A stretch of DNA of 64,000 nt, from the NCBI RefSeq assembly GCF_028641065.1, contig NC_073381.1, positions 54,622,001-54,686,000 on the forward strand, given 5' to 3'. Both the position numbers and the translations under genes were made by a program. Shown here piece after piece: positions 63,501-64,000 of the stretch. This DNA comes from Leucoraja erinacea (Eukaryota). Under the pieces are notes generated by a model that did no database searches, was not told where the DNA came from, and saw only the letters and a program-made list of their open reading frames with translations. How positions within the stretch are numbered: position 1 is the first letter of the stretch; each line of letters starts with the position of its first letter.

Positions 63501-64000
63501 TTAAATGAATCGTTTAACAATTAAAACTGAAACATTTCAGATATTTCTAAACAAATAGAATGTTGTTGAAATTAAAACCTTCACAAAACATAAAATATAA
63601 GCCTCTTTTCTATCAAGCTAAAAGAGATATCATTCCTATTTCAGATCTAAGTCAGTGCAGGATTATCATTATATATTTGGAATAAATATTGAGCAGTTTT
63701 CATGACGTGATCTACCAGCAGTCTCCACTGTTACACAACCAGCAAATTCAGAAGTTCCCTTTACTGTTTATGCTTGCTTATGCTGAAATCCTGAATCTGT
63801 GGTGATTTCCACTCAAAATCCAGGCTACTTTGATATATGCTCAAGAAATTGGATTCAGAAAAGGGTTTGCTCATGTCAAATCAGTTTATAATCCCTGACA
63901 CTTCTTTGGTGCATTTTTATCGCCAGGTTAAGTAACTTGCACAACCTCAGCAACTGGTTTATCGTGGATGAGCTTTGAATATTGCTTTAAATTGAGAAGC

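Overview
Eukaryotic (vertebrate) genomic DNA, probably a cartilaginous fish (skate/ray-like, inferred from the repeat families). The window is almost all intron of a type IIB receptor tyrosine phosphatase gene on the + strand, most similar to PTPRK. I found one exon (25552-25845, 294 nt, first fibronectin-III domain). The rest is a dense, nested mobile-element landscape: CR1 LINEs, L1/Tx1-like, Rex1/Babar-like and RTE LINEs, Penelope-like (Neptune-type, GIY-YIG) elements, V-SINEs, a hAT derivative, a Harbinger family with MITEs and two non-autonomous Helitrons. There is a 227-N gap. The most notable signals are RNA-structural. (1) A ~142-nt short retroelement on the - strand starts with 54 nt that fold by hand into a complete minimal HDV-like self-cleaving ribozyme (24501-24554). 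(2) A family of short Penelope-derived units, several palindromic and flanked by target-site duplications (TSDs), carries minimal hammerhead ribozyme cores; one core is intact (46522-46549). All identifications come from reading motifs by eye with no database searches, and boundaries of degraded repeats are approximate.
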